A stretch of 64,000 nucleotides of DNA, from positions 3,224,001-3,288,000 of the forward strand of contig OZ024765.1 of the NCBI GenBank assembly GCA_964016885.1, given 5' to 3'. Numbering within the stretch: the stretch's first letter is position 1; the number at the start of each line of letters is the position of its first letter. The notes beneath the pieces are model-generated. The model was given only the letters and a program-made list of their open reading frames with translations, was not told the origin of the DNA and searched no databases. Of this stretch, positions 1 through 12,865 are shown piece by piece. This stretch comes from Eledone cirrhosa. Lineage: Eukaryota. A program made the position numbers and the translations under genes.

Positions 1-29
1 ATATAGCATCATTCGAGGTAGCTTACCCA

Positions 30-347
30 CAGGGGTTCCTCAACTGGGCGGTTTCAACTGTTGGGTGGGCGATGAGCAGCTGAACAGAAAATTGAGGGCC
101 ATTGGAAACTTTGGTGGCCGATATAGAATTTTGAGATTTAAGAAGGTATGCTACCCGAAAACCTATTCAAGGAATATATGCAAAGAACCTGAATAAATAT
201 CAGGAAGCTAATTGGGAAAATTAAACCAGGAACAAACATTTACGAAACATATTTGGTATACTTTGGAATATTTACTATACAGGTGGCTGCTGGAACATTT
301 TTTCATGTGAATGTGGGAAATGACGCCAAAATATTTGGCAACCCTTG
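30..347. mobile_element. Decayed hAT-like (Charlie-type) non-autonomous element; repeated in each unit (e.g. 4594-4911)
   Basis: Termini CAGGGGTTCCTCAA ... TTTGGCAACCCTTG resemble hAT TIRs. Flanks gcttaccc(a)/gctcacac look like a degenerate 8-bp TSD. Confidence 0.5.
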
Positions 348-1559
348 GCTCACACCTTACTAAATGTTCTGGAGACAAGCCTCTTAGCTATATATCATAG
401 TTCTTCAATCCTTCATCTTCCACAGTTGGTGAAGTATTTCGATTTGATATGACGATCGCAGAGTTAGATTTAGGACGTGGTGGCGTTCATGGGTTTCTTA
501 GTGTTGTTACTAGAAAGGGTCGACTCTGTCTTTCACACTTCAGGTTTTTTCATGAATTAAATATCCATTTTCTTTCTGATCGGTCTAACAATGATTTGAA
601 CCTACAATGACTCCGTCTGTAATAATGTTCTCTTATTTGAAATATGCCATACCTAACTCCCGTGTCTGTGTGAAAAATATTCCAACTTAGAGCGACGTGC
701 CCGTAAATTGTTTAGCCCGATTCCTATATATAGATAATGTGTAATATTTGAACCTTCATGGAGGGTCTTTGCCGTAATTTCCCGTAACTCCGACTAGAAG
801 TCATTATGTAGTTTTTTCGTCCGTTAAAAATAATGATTAAAACAATTCTATATCCACCTCTTCATCACATATTATATTATTTCCACCAATAACTACACTA
901 TATCCTTAAATATGACACCAAGACATATAATTTGTAAATAAAAGATAAAATATTAAAACCTCAATTTTTAAATAATTTTACCCCCACCTTTGTGTTCTCA
1001 GTGTTTAGATTAACCCATAATTTTATGATTTTGGAGCATATAACTTATAGTACCAGTCATGTACTGGGATCAATTTAACGGATTGGTTCCTCCCCGCAAA
1101 TTACTTGACTTTTGCCTAAGTAAGACATACTCACAGAATGTATCGATGTATATGTATGAATGTATATATATATTAGTATATTTTATGTTTACAATAAAAA
1201 TAGACAAACAATTTAATGATAATATGAAATGAAATTATTATTATTTATTAATAATATTTTTATTGTTTTCACTGCATTAACTTCTGAGTGTGACTTTGTT
1301 TTTCTTACTATTTTCTACTGTAAATGGCGGCTTAATTGGATTATTACTAAGGTTTACTGGATTGTGGTGTTTCTTTATTGTTTTATATTTCAATCAGTGG
1401 ACATCAGGATAGCTTTCTATATACCTGGGATAAATGTAAACAGTACTGACTTTCATCTGCAGTTCAATGGTGATGTCTTCTTATATTTTCATTTACTTCT
1501 GCAATACTGTATATTGTAGTCTTTTCATTATTTTAAATATTTCTATCATGTCACTCGTT

Positions 1560-1990
1560 TGATATATCTCCCCGAAAGATATAGTTATTCAGAGCTTTAC
1601 ATTGGAATAGTGTACTACTATTTAAATATTAGTCCTTTAAATATATATTTCTATCATGTCCCCCCCCCCCCTCTTAGATTTATCTCCTCTAAATTTGCAA
1701 TCCCTAAAGTTTAACATCTTTCTTTAGAAGACAGATTTCTTAATAATTCTGGTGTTTTCTGTTTTGTTCTTTTCTGGATTCCTTCAATAGCTTCTCCGTA
1801 TTTTCTGAAGTCGTCTGACCATGCCCCCAAAACAATATTCTAGGTCGTATCACACATATCATTCAACTAGTGTTTTAGACCTCTCGACATTTAGCTAGGC
1901 AAAGGAATGTTTTATTATTCCTATCATCTGAATTCCTTTTTTTTCTTCAACATGTTTAGCCATCTTTAAAATCATATTCATACATATTCA
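1560..1990 (-). pseudogene. Degenerate CR1-clade LINE ORF2 C-terminal fragment, present in every unit
   Basis: Minus-strand reading gives ...IKHSFA*L...DLEYCFGAWSDDFRKYGEAIEGIQKRTKQKTPELLRNLSSKERC*TLGIANLEEINLRG/DMIEIY. This matches the CR1 pattern LEYC..AWSP...IE.VQRRATK..P.L..LSY.ERL..LGL..LE.RRLRGDMIE.Y, with stops and frameshifts. Confidence 0.8.
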
Positions 1991-2412
1991 CAATTCCTCG
2001 TGGAGGGGTATAAGAGACATGTATAAATATAGCTGCATATTACTACAAAATAACTTGAACCATATCGCGAAACATTTTGTAAAGTATCTCTGTAATTATT
2101 CTCATTTCGATTTTCTGTAGAATGTATTGACGTTTAAGATAGAGACAATTGCCCTTCTTCTAATAATCTCTTTGTCCATTCCATGTTTAGTCTCACAAAA
2201 TATTGTTAATGCAAGATTTTGCTCTAATGTAATAAATGTTACTTTTAAAAGACCGAAGTTCTCAATTTTCTTCTTTCTCTTGTATATTGATATCTAAAGG
2301 ATGACAAATGTATGAATTATGTGATAGGGAGGAAAAAAAAGCCACGACCTTCTTCTCTCGTTACAGAAGGCTAACTGACAACGTCTTTCGCAGGAGTGAC
2401 TAGTACTACTGC

Positions 2413-2422
2413 CTTTTATATA
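2413..2422 (-). promoter_or_regulatory. Candidate TATA box (TATATAAAAG on minus strand)
   Basis: Consensus TATA. The homologous position in the diverged copy reads TATAAATA (22741-22748, minus). No transcript evidence. Confidence 0.3.
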
Positions 2423-3055
2423 CCGTGACAACTGGAAAGACGTGACAAATAAGGATACACTCTGCTCTCCTTATCAACATTGTCCGAGTCTGAGGACCTT
2501 TCCTCCCTGGTTAAGGAGTGAGATAAAATATTAGGGATCAATCTCTAGCAATAATTTCATTAAATCATATTTAACCAGAGACTGTTATGTCGTGGTTGTT
2601 GCTATATTTTATAGTCGTGGTTTCAATGTTTAACAGGGGTTGTAGAATTAGCTTTATCTAATTATTATCAAACAAAACAGATTTATATATTGTCGCCGTT
2701 GTACGTTAAAATCACATATATATTTATATACACACCAAGGATGGAGGGACGACGGAATTGAAAACCATTATTGCTGAGTACATCACGGCAAGATCTAATA
2801 CACACACACTCTCCCGTATATATTTAATAATCAGCTATGACCATGAAGAAGGTCCCTGTAGATCATCTGGTTGTAGGATCTAATGAACCCGAAAGAAAGT
2901 GAAAATATATTTTATGAAAGCCCCAGAAGAATAAATGTAAACATTGACCCGATTATAGTAGAAATAACAATGAGAAAGCCATGAACGCCAGCACATCTAT
3001 TTTGCTTGGAAATTAAAAGTAGGTTTATAAATATTAATTTTTTCTTATGTTCTTG

Positions 3056-3120
3056 TATCTGTTTGGTAGGTGTTAGAGACTATGTAGACACTGATGTGGT
3101 GTTCAATCTCAGTCCGAATC
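3056..3120 (+). ncRNA. Pol III-like two-hairpin cassette, copy A (A box partly deleted; pseudogene-like)
   Basis: Preceded by GAAAGCCATGAACGCCAGCACATC (2974-2997) and AAAAGTAGGTTTATAAATATT (from 3015). Body is ...GGTAGGTGTTAGAGAC...GTTCAATCTCAG. Confidence 0.4.
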
Positions 3121-3184
3121 TGTACTATATATTTTTAAATTAAAATTTTTCTCTAGTAAAGTAAAAAATGAAATTATTATCTAT

Positions 3185-3260
3185 AGACTTTGACTGAAAT
3201 CGAAACCCAGAGCAGGTTCTCTACCGTCTCTAATACCTACCATTAGGCCACGGAGACAGA
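3185..3260 (-). ncRNA. Pol III-like two-hairpin cassette, copy B
   Basis: Minus strand TCTGTCTCCGTGGCCTAATGGTAGGTATTAGAGACGGT...GGGTTTCGATTTCAG has A box TGGCCTAATGG and a B-box-like motif. Upstream TTTATAAATATT at about -30. Confidence 0.55.
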
Positions 3261-3324
3261 TATGAAAACAGTGTGTAAATTAATATTTATAAAGTTACTT
3301 TTTTATTTTTGTTTTATACTATAA

Positions 3325-3414
3325 AAAATATAATACGACACACTGCCAGTGATTGAACCCCGGACCTGGACCTCCACCGGCTCTTATACTTACCACTAGG
3401 CTAAAGGGACGGTT
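3325..3414 (-). ncRNA. Pol III-like two-hairpin cassette, copy C
   Basis: Minus strand ACCGTCCCTTTAGCCTAGTGGTAAGTATAAGAGCCGGTGGAGGTCCAGGTCCGGGGTTCAATC... followed by a T6 run. Upstream AAAGTAGGTTTATAAATAT. Confidence 0.55.
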
Positions 3415-3460
3415 ACAGAAACTTACTTAAAAATTGATATTTATAAACCTACTTTTTCAT

Positions 3461-3635
3461 TACTAGAAAAAACCGGAAGTGGAGAAAATTGAAAAACATC
3501 TTCTTTTTCTTCCTCTGATTTTTTTTTATCCAAAATTTGGATTTAAGTCAGAGACGAGTTATCGTTCGTGGCAAAAATCAGAGGAAGAAAAAGAAGAAGT
3601 TTTTCAATATTCTCCACTTCCGGTTTTTTCTAGTA
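3461..3635. mobile_element. 63-bp inverted repeat (foldback / TA-flanked MITE-like); also at 8010-8184 and 12578-12752
   Basis: Arms 3461-3523 (TACTAGAAAAAACCGGAAGTGGAG...) and 3573-3635 (...CTCCACTTCCGGTTTTTTCTAGTA) have 2 mismatches (1 in units 2 and 3) and a 49-bp spacer. Confidence 0.8.
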
Positions 3636-3671
3636 TAGGTAAGTAAATATTAATTTTCAAAAAATTTTTGT

Positions 3672-3748
3672 AACCGTCCCTGTGGCCTAATGGTAAGCAC
3701 TAGAGACGGTGGAGATCCTGATTTAGGGTTCGATTTCCGTTAGCTTTT
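3672..3748 (+). ncRNA. Pol III-like two-hairpin cassette, copy D
   Basis: ACCGTCCCTGTGGCCTAATGGTAAGCACTAGAGACGGTGGAGATCCTGATTTAGGGTTCGATTTCCGTTAGCTTTT: A box, B box GGTTCGATTTC and a T4 run. Confidence 0.55.
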
Positions 3749-6700
3749 ATACTAATAACTGCGTATTTGTTTCTTTTATTAAGTAAGATTTGAACTAATA
3801 ATGCTGTACTTTGTAGTAATGTCCCATATTATATTCAACATATTTTAATTAGAATTTTTTTTTTTTATAAAAGAAAGAACAAAAAACCTTATTGAAATTA
3901 AGAAATGAATTTTATTCAGTAAAGTTGTTTTTATTTTGTTTTCACTTCATTAACTGCTGAATACGTCTTTTGTTTTTGTTTTTGATTCTTTCTAACCATT
4001 GTTTACTGTGAATGGTGACTGAACGAACCTGGATTATTACCAAGTTTCACTGGATGATTGTATTATTTTGTTGTCAGTGGACATCTGGACATCTATCTAA
4101 ATACCTGGAATAAACACAAGGTGTGTGTCTTACGTAACATTTCATTTTAATGTCTGATGTTCCTGTATTTCACATTTAAAATGTAACCAAAAATAAACAA
4201 GACAGGGACGCTACATCAAAATAAACCACACAGACGAGGTACGAATAATCTAAAATTAATTTTAACAAACTATAAACGATGTTTAAAGAGAGACGAACAT
4301 TAAAATAGGATTTCAAACAAACACGTAAACACAAAGACAATTACAGCCGCCATAATCTAATATCTGAAGATCAACATTTTTCACGATAGAAATAAAACTA
4401 AATAAGTAAAGTTTAGTGGCCCCTGATTTACTTGTTTTAATTTCATTTTGATAATCTGTATTCTGTAGACATATATTTATGATTTTAATGATGAAATTTC
4501 CTCTTGTCTTTAAAAGATTATTACTTATAAAAATTATAATAGTCACCTCCTCCTCTCGATTAATATATAGCATCATTCGAGGTAGCTTACCCACAGGGGT
4601 TCCTCAACTGGGCGGTTTCAACTGTTGGGTGGGCGATGAGCAGCTGAACAGAAAATTGAGGGCCATTGGAAACTTTGGTGGCCGATATAGAATTTTGAGA
4701 TTTAAGAAGGTATGCTACCCGAAAACCTATTCAAGGAATATATGCAAAGAACCTGAATAAATATCAGGAAGCTAATTGGGAAAATTAAACCAGGAACAAA
4801 CATTTACGAAACATATTTGGTATACTTTGGAATATTTACTATACAGGTGGCTGCTGGAACATTTTTTCATGTGAATGTGGGAAATGACGCCAAAATATTT
4901 GGCAACCCTTGGCTCACACCTTACTAAATGTTCTGGAGACAAGCCTCTTAGCTATATATCATAGTTCTTCAATCCTTCATCTTCCACAGTTGGTGAAGTA
5001 TTTCGATTTGATATGACGATCGCAGAGTTAGATTTAGGACGTGGTGGCGTTCATGGGTTTCTTAGTGTTGTTACTAGAAAGGGTCGACTCTGTCTTTCAC
5101 ACTTCAGGTTTTTTCATGAATTAAATATCCATTTTCTTTCTGATCGGTCTAACAATGATTTGAACCTACAATGACTCCGTCTGTAATAATGTTCTCTTAT
5201 TTGAAATATGCCATACCTAACTCCCGTGTCTGTGTGAAAAATATTCCAACTTAGAGCGACGTGCCCGTAAATTGTTTAGCCCGATTCCTATATATAGATA
5301 ATGTGTAATATTTGAACCTTCATGGAGGGTCTTTGCCGTAATTTCCCGTAACTCCGACTAGAAGTCATTATGTAGTTTTTTCGTCCGTTAAAAATAATGA
5401 TTAAAACAATTCTATATCCACCTCTTCATCACATATTATATTATTTCCACCAATAACTACACTATATCCTTAAATATGACACCAAGACATATAATTTGTA
5501 AATAAAAGATAAAATATTAAAACCTCAATTTTTAAATAATTTTACCCCCACCTTTGTGTTCTCAGTGTTTAGATTAACCCATAATTTTATGATTTTGGAG
5601 CATATAACTTATAGTACCAGTCATGTACTGGGATCAATTTAACGGATTGGTTCCTCCCCGCAAATTACTTGACTTTTGCCTAAGTAAGACATACTCACAG
5701 AATGTATCGATGTATATGTATGAATGTATATATATATTAGTATATTTTATGTTTACAATAAAAATAGACAAACAATTTAATGATAATATGAAATGAAATT
5801 ATTATTATTTATTAATAATATTTTTATTGTTTTCACTGCATTAACTTCTGAGTGTGACTTTGTTTTTCTTACTATTTTCTACTGTAAATGGCGGCTTAAT
5901 TGGATTATTACTAAGGTTTACTGGATTGTGGTGTTTCTTTATTGTTTTATATTTCAATCAGTGGACATCAGGATAGCTTTCTATATACCTGGGATAAATG
6001 TAAACAGTACTGACTTTCATCTGCAGTTCAATGGTGATGTCTTCTTATATTTTCATTTACTTCTGCAATACTGTATATTGTAGTCTTTTCATTATTTTAA
6101 ATATTTCTATCATGTCACTCGTTTGATATATCTCCCGGAAAGATATAGTTATTCAGAGCTTTACATTGGAATAGTGTACTACTATTTAAATATTAGTCCT
6201 TTAAATATATATTTCTATCATGTCCCCCCCCCCCTCTTAGATTGCAATCCCTAAAGTTTAACATCTTTCTTTAGAAGACAGATTTCTTAATAATTCTGGT
6301 GTTTTCTGTTTTGTTCTTTTCTGGATTCCTTCAATAGCTTCTCCGTATTTTCTGAAGTCGTCTGACCATGCCCCCAAAACAATATTCTAGGTCGTATCAC
6401 ACATATCATTCAACTAGTGTTTTAGACCTCTCGACATTTAGCTAGGCAAAGGAATGTTTTATTATTCTTATCATCTGAATTCCTTTTTTTTCTTCAACAT
6501 GTTTAGCCATCTTTAAAATCATATTCATACATATTCACAATTCCTCGTGGAGGGGTATAAGAGACATGTATAAATATAGCTGCATATTACTACAAAATAA
6601 CTTGAACCATATCGCGAAACATTTTGTAAAGTATCTCTGTAATTATTCTCATTTCGATTTTCTGTAGAATGTATTGACGTTTAAGATAGAGACAATTGCC

Positions 6701-7604
6701 CTTCTTCTAATAATCTCTTTGTCCATTCCATGTTTTAGTCTCACAAAATATTGTTAATGCAAGATTTTGCTCTAATGTAATAAATGTTACTTTTAAAAGA
6801 CCGAAGTTCTCAATTTTCTTCTTTCTCTTGTATATTGATATCTAAAGGATGACAAATGTATGAATTATGTGATAGGGAGGAAAAAAAAAGCCACGACCTT
6901 CTTCTCTCGTTACAGAAGGCTAACTGACAACGTCTTTCGCAGGAGTGACTAGTACTACTGCCTTTTATATACCGTGACAACTGGAAAGACGTGACAAATA
7001 AGGATACACTCTGCTCTCCTTATCAACATTGTCCGAGTCTGAGGACCTTTCCTCCCTGGTTAAGGAGTGAGATAAAATATTAGGGATCAATCTCTAGCAA
7101 TAATTTCATTAAATCATATTTAACCAGAGACTGTTATGTCGTGGTTGTTGCTATATTTTATAGTCGTGGTTTCAATGTTTAACAGGGGTTGTAGAATTAG
7201 CTTTATCTAATTATTATCAAACAAAACAGATTTATATATTGTCGCCGTTGTACGTTAAAATCACATATATATTTATATACACACCAAGGATGGAGGGACG
7301 ACGGAATTGAAAACCATTATTGCTGAGTACATCACGGCAAGATCTAATACACACACACTCTCCCGTATATATTTAATAATCAGCTATGACCATGAAGAAG
7401 GTCCCTGTAGATCATCTGGTTGTAGGATCTAATGAACCCGAAAGAAAGTGAAAATATATTTTATGAAAGCCCCAGAAGAATAAATGTAAACATTGACCCG
7501 ATTATAGTAGAAATAACAATGAGAAAGCCATGAACGCCAGCACATCTATTTTGCTTGGAAATTAAAAGTAGGTTTATAAATATTAATTTTTTCTTATGTT
7601 CTTG

Positions 7605-8297
7605 TATCTGTTTGGTAGGTGTTAGAGACTATGTAGACACTGATGTGGTGTTCAATCTCAGTCCGAATCTGTACTATATATTTTTAAATTAAATTTTTTC
7701 TCTAGTAAAGTAAAAAATGAAATTATTATCTATAGACTTTGACTGAAATCGAAACCCAGAGCAGGTTCTCCACCGTCTCTAATACCTACCATTAGGCCAC
7801 GGAGACAGATATGAAAACAGTGTGTAAATTAATATTTATAAAGTTACTTTTTTATTTTTGTTTTATACTATAAAAAATATAATACGACACACTGCCAGTG
7901 ATTGAACCCCGGACCTGGACCTCCACCGGCTCTTATACTTACCACTAGGCTAAAGGGACGGTTACAGAAACTTACTTAAAAATTGATATTTATAAACCTA
8001 CTTTTTCATTACTAGAAAAAACCGGAAGTGGAGAAAATTGAAAAACATCTTCTTTTTCTTCCTCTGATTTTTTTTTATCCAAAATTTGGATTTAAGTCAG
8101 AGACGAGTTATCGTTCGTGGCAAAAATCAGAGGAAGAAAAAGAAGAAGTTTTTCAATTTTCTCCACTTCCGGTTTTTTCTAGTATAGGTAAGTAAATATT
8201 AATTTTCAAAAAATTTTTGTAACCGTCCCTGTGGCCTAATGGTAAGCACTAGAGACGGTGGAGATCCTGATTTAGGGTTCGATTTCCGTTAGCCTTT
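7605..8297. ncRNA. Unit-2 copy of the four-cassette cluster (A+, B-, C-, hairpin, D+)
   Basis: Near-identical to 3056-3748. Confidence 0.55.
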
Positions 8298-11200
8298 ATA
8301 CTAATAACTGCGTATTTGTTTCTTTTATTAAGTAAGATTTGAACTAATAATGCTGTACTTTGTAGTAATGTCCCATATTATATTCAACATATTTTAATTA
8401 GAATTTTTTTTTTTTATAAAAGAAAGAACAAAAAACCTTATTGAAATTAAGAAATGAATTTTATTCAGTAAAGTTGTTTTTATTTTGTTTTCACTTCATT
8501 AACTGCTGAATACGTCTTTTGTTTTTGTTTTTGATTCTTTCTAACCATTGTTTACTGTGAATGGTGACTGCAACGAACCTGGATTATTACCAAGTTTCAC
8601 TGGATGATTGTATTATTTTGTTGTCAGTGGACATCTGGACATCTATCTAAATACCTGGAATAAACACAAGGTGTGTGTTTTACGTAACATTTCATTTTAA
8701 TGTCTGATGTTCCTGTATTTCACATTTAAAATGTAACCAAAAATAAACAAGACAGGGACGCTACATCAAAATAAACCACACAGACGAGGTACGAATAATC
8801 TAAAATTAATTTTAACAAACTATAAACGATGTTTAAAGAGAGACGAACATTAAAATAGGATTTCAAACAAACACGTAAACACAAAGACAATTACAGCCGC
8901 CATAATCTAATATCTGAAGATCAACATTTTTCACGATAGAAATAAAACTAAATATGTAAAGTTTAGTGGCCGCTGATTTACTTGCTTTTAATTTCATTTT
9001 GATAATCTGTATTCTGTAGACATATATTTATGATTTTAATGATGAAATTTCCTCTTGTCTTTAAAAGATTATTACTTATAAAAATTATAATAGTCACCTC
9101 CTCCTCTCGATTAATATGTAGCTTACCCACAGGGGTTCCTCAATTGGGCGGTTTCAACTGTTGGGTGGGCGATGAGCAGCTGAACAGAAAATTGAGGGCC
9201 ATTGGAAACTTTGGTGGCCGATATAGAATTTTGAGATTTAAGAAGGTATGCTACCCGAAAACCTATTCAAGGAATATATGCAAAGAACCTGAATAAATAT
9301 CAGGAAGCTAATTGGGAAAATTAAACCAGGAACAAACATTTACGAAACATATTTGGTATACTTTGGAATATTTACTATACAGGTGGCTGCTGGAACATTT
9401 TTTCATGTGAATGTGGGAAATGACGCCAAAATATTTGGCAACCCTTGGCTCACACCTTACTAAATGTTCTGGAGACAAGCCTCTTCGCTATATATCATAG
9501 TTCTTCAATCCTTCATCTTCCACAGTTGGTGAAGTATTTCGATTTGATATGACGATCGCAGAGTTAGATTTAGGACGTGGTGGCGTTCATGGGTTTCTTA
9601 GTGTTGTTACTAGAAAGGGTCGACTCTGTCTTTCACACTTCAGGTTTTTTCATGAATTAAATATCCATTTTCTTTCTGATCGGTCTAACAATGATTTGAA
9701 CCTACAATGACTCCGTCTGTAATAATGTTCTCTTATTTGAAATATGCCATACCTAACTCCCGTGTCTGTGTGTGTGAAAAATATTCCAACTTAGAGCGAC
9801 GTGCCCGTAAATTGTTTAGCCTGATTCCTATATAGAGATAATGTGTAATATTTGAACCTTCATGGAGGGCCTTTGCCGTAATTTCCCGTAACTCCGACTA
9901 GAAATCATTATGTAGTTTTTTCGTCCGTTAAAAATAATGATTAAAACAATTCTATATCCACAGTTATATACACCTCTTCATCACATATTATATTATTCCC
10001 ACCAATAACTACACTATATCCTTAAATATGACACCAAGACATATAATTTGTAAATAAAAGATAAAATATTAAAACCTCAATTTTTAAATAATTTTACCCC
10101 CACCTTTGTGTTCTCAGTGTTTAGATTAACCCATAATTTTATGATTTTGGAGCATATAACTTATAGTACCAGTCATGTACTGGGATCAATTTAACGGATT
10201 GGTTCCTCCCCGCAAATTACTTGACTTTTGCCTAAGTAAGACATACTCACAGGATGTATCGATGTATATGTATGAATGTATATATATATTAGTATATTTT
10301 ATGTTTACAATAAAAATAGACAAACAATTTAATGATAATATGAAATGAAATTATCATTATTTATTAATAATATTTTTATTGTTTTCACTGCATTAACTTC
10401 TGAGTGTGACTTTGTTTTTCTTACTATTTTCTACTGTAAATGGCGGCTTAATTGGATTATTACTAAGGTTTACTGGATTGTGGTGTTTCTTTATTGTTTT
10501 ATATTTCAATCAGTGGACATCAGGATAGCTTTCTATATACCTGGGATAAATGTAAACAGTACTGACTTTCATCTGCAGTTCAATGGTGATGTCTTCTTAT
10601 ATTTTCATTTACTTCTGCAATACTGTATATTGTAGTCTTTTCATTATTTTAAATATTTCTATCATGTCACTCGTTTGATATATCTCCCCGAAAGATATAG
10701 TTATTCAGAGCTTTACATTGGAATAGTGTACTACTATTTAAATATTAGTCCTTTAAATATATATTTCTATCATGCCCCCCCCCCCCTCTTAGATTTATCT
10801 CCTCTAAATCTGCAATCCCTAAAGTTTAACATCTTTCTTTAGAAGACAGATTTCTTAATAATTCTGGTGTTTTCTGTTTTGTTCTTTTCTGGATTCCTTC
10901 AATAGCTTCTCCGTATTTTCTTAAGTCGTCTGACCATGCCCCAAAACAATATTCTAGGTCGTATCACACACATCATTCAACTAGTGTTTTAGACCTCTCG
11001 ACATTTAGCTAGGCAAAGGAATGTTTTATTATTCCTATCATCTGAATTCCTTTTTTTTCTTCAACATGTTTAGCCATCTTTAAAATCATATTCATACATA
11101 TTCACAATTCCTCGTGGAGGGGTATAAGAGACATGTATAAATATAGCTGCATATTACTACAAAATAACTTGAACCATATCGCGAAACATTTTGTAAAGTA

Positions 11201-12172
11201 TCTCTGTAATTATTCTCATTTCGATTTTCTGTAGAATGTATTGACGTTTAAGATAGAGACAATTGCCCTTCTTCTAATAATCTCTTTGTCCATTCCATGT
11301 TTTAGTCTCACAAAATATTGTTAATGCAAGATTTTGCTCTAATGTAATAAATGTTACTTTTAAAAGACCGAAGTTCTCAATTTTCTTCTTTCTCTTGTAT
11401 ATTGATATCTAAAGGATGACAAATGTATGAATTATGTGATAGGGAGGGAAAAAAAAAAGCCACGACCTTCTTCTCTCGTTACAGAAGGCTAACTGACAAC
11501 GTCTTTCGCAGGAGTGACTAGTACTACTGCCTTTTATATACCGTGACAACTGGAAAGACGTGACAAATAAGGATACACTCTGCTCTCCTTATCAACATTG
11601 TCCGAGTCTGAGGACCTTTCCTCCCTGGTTAAGGAGTGAGATAAAATATTAGGGATCAATCTCTAGCAATAATTTCATTAAATCATATTTAACCAGAGAC
11701 TGTTATGTCGTGGTTGTTGCTATATTTTATAGTCGTGGTTTCAATGTTTAACAGGGGTTGTAGAATTAGCTTTATCTAATTATTATCAAACAAAACAGAT
11801 TTATATATTGTCGCCGTTGTACGTTAAAATCACATATATATTTATATACACACCAAGGATGGAGGGACGACGGAATTGAAAACCATTATTGCTGAGTACA
11901 TCACGGCAAGATCTAATACACACACACTCTCCCGTATATATTTAATAATCAGCTATGACCATGAAGAAGGTCCCTGTAGATCATCTGGTTGTAGGATCTA
12001 ATGAACCCGAAAGAAAGTGAAAATATATTTTATGAAAGCCCCAGAAGAATAAATGTAAACATTGACCCGATTATAGTAGAAATAACAATGAGAAAGCCAT
12101 GAACGCCAGCACATCTATTTTGCTTGGAAATTAAAAGTAGGTTTATAAATATTAATTTTTTCTTATGTTCTT

Positions 12173-12865
12173 GTATCTGTTTGGTAGGTGTTAGAGACTA
12201 TGTAGACACTGATGTGGTGTTCAATCTCAGTCCGAATCTGTACTATATATTTTTAAATTTAAATTTTTCTCTAGTAAAGTAAAAAATGAAATTATTATCT
12301 ATAGACTTTGACTGAAATCGAAACCCAGAGCAGGTTCTCCACCGTCTCTAATACCTACCATTAGGCCACGGAGACAGATATAAAAACAGTGTGAAAATTA
12401 ATATTTATAAAGTTACTTTTTTATTTTTGTTTTATACTATAAAAAATATAATACGACACACTGCCAGTGATTGAACCCCGGACCTGGACCTCCACCGGCT
12501 CTTATACTTACCACTAGGCTAAAGGGACGGTTACAGACACTTACTGAAAATTGATATTTATAAACCTACTTTTTCATTACTAGAAAAAACCGGAAGTGGA
12601 GAAAATTGAAAAACATCTTCTTTTTCTTCCTCTGATTTTTTTTTATCCAAAATTTGGATTTAAGTCAGAGACGAGTTATCGTTCGTGGCAAAAATCAGAG
12701 GAAGAAAAAGAAGAAGTTTTTCAATTTTCTCCACTTCCGGTTTTTTCTAGTATAGGTAAGTAAATATTAATTTTCAAAAAATTTTTGTAACCGTCCCTGT
12801 GGCCTAATGGTAAGCACTAGAGACGGTGGAGATCCTGATTTAGGGTTCGATTTCCGTTAGCTTTT
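12173..12865. ncRNA. Unit-3 copy of the four-cassette cluster
   Basis: Near-identical to 3056-3748. Confidence 0.55.

Noticed and set aside
1229-1519. 96-aa plus-strand ORF repeated in each unit
   Set aside because: Conserved only because the units are near-identical. It is truncated or shifted in older paralogs and is antisense to the decayed minus-strand ORF.
3056-3748. Functional tRNA genes
   Set aside because: A and B boxes are present, but there is no acceptor stem or anticodon arm.
4479-4760. ORF with GVPQ, suggesting an RT motif
   Set aside because: GVPQ coincides with the hAT-like TIR (CAGGGGTTCCTCAA), and no other RT motifs follow.
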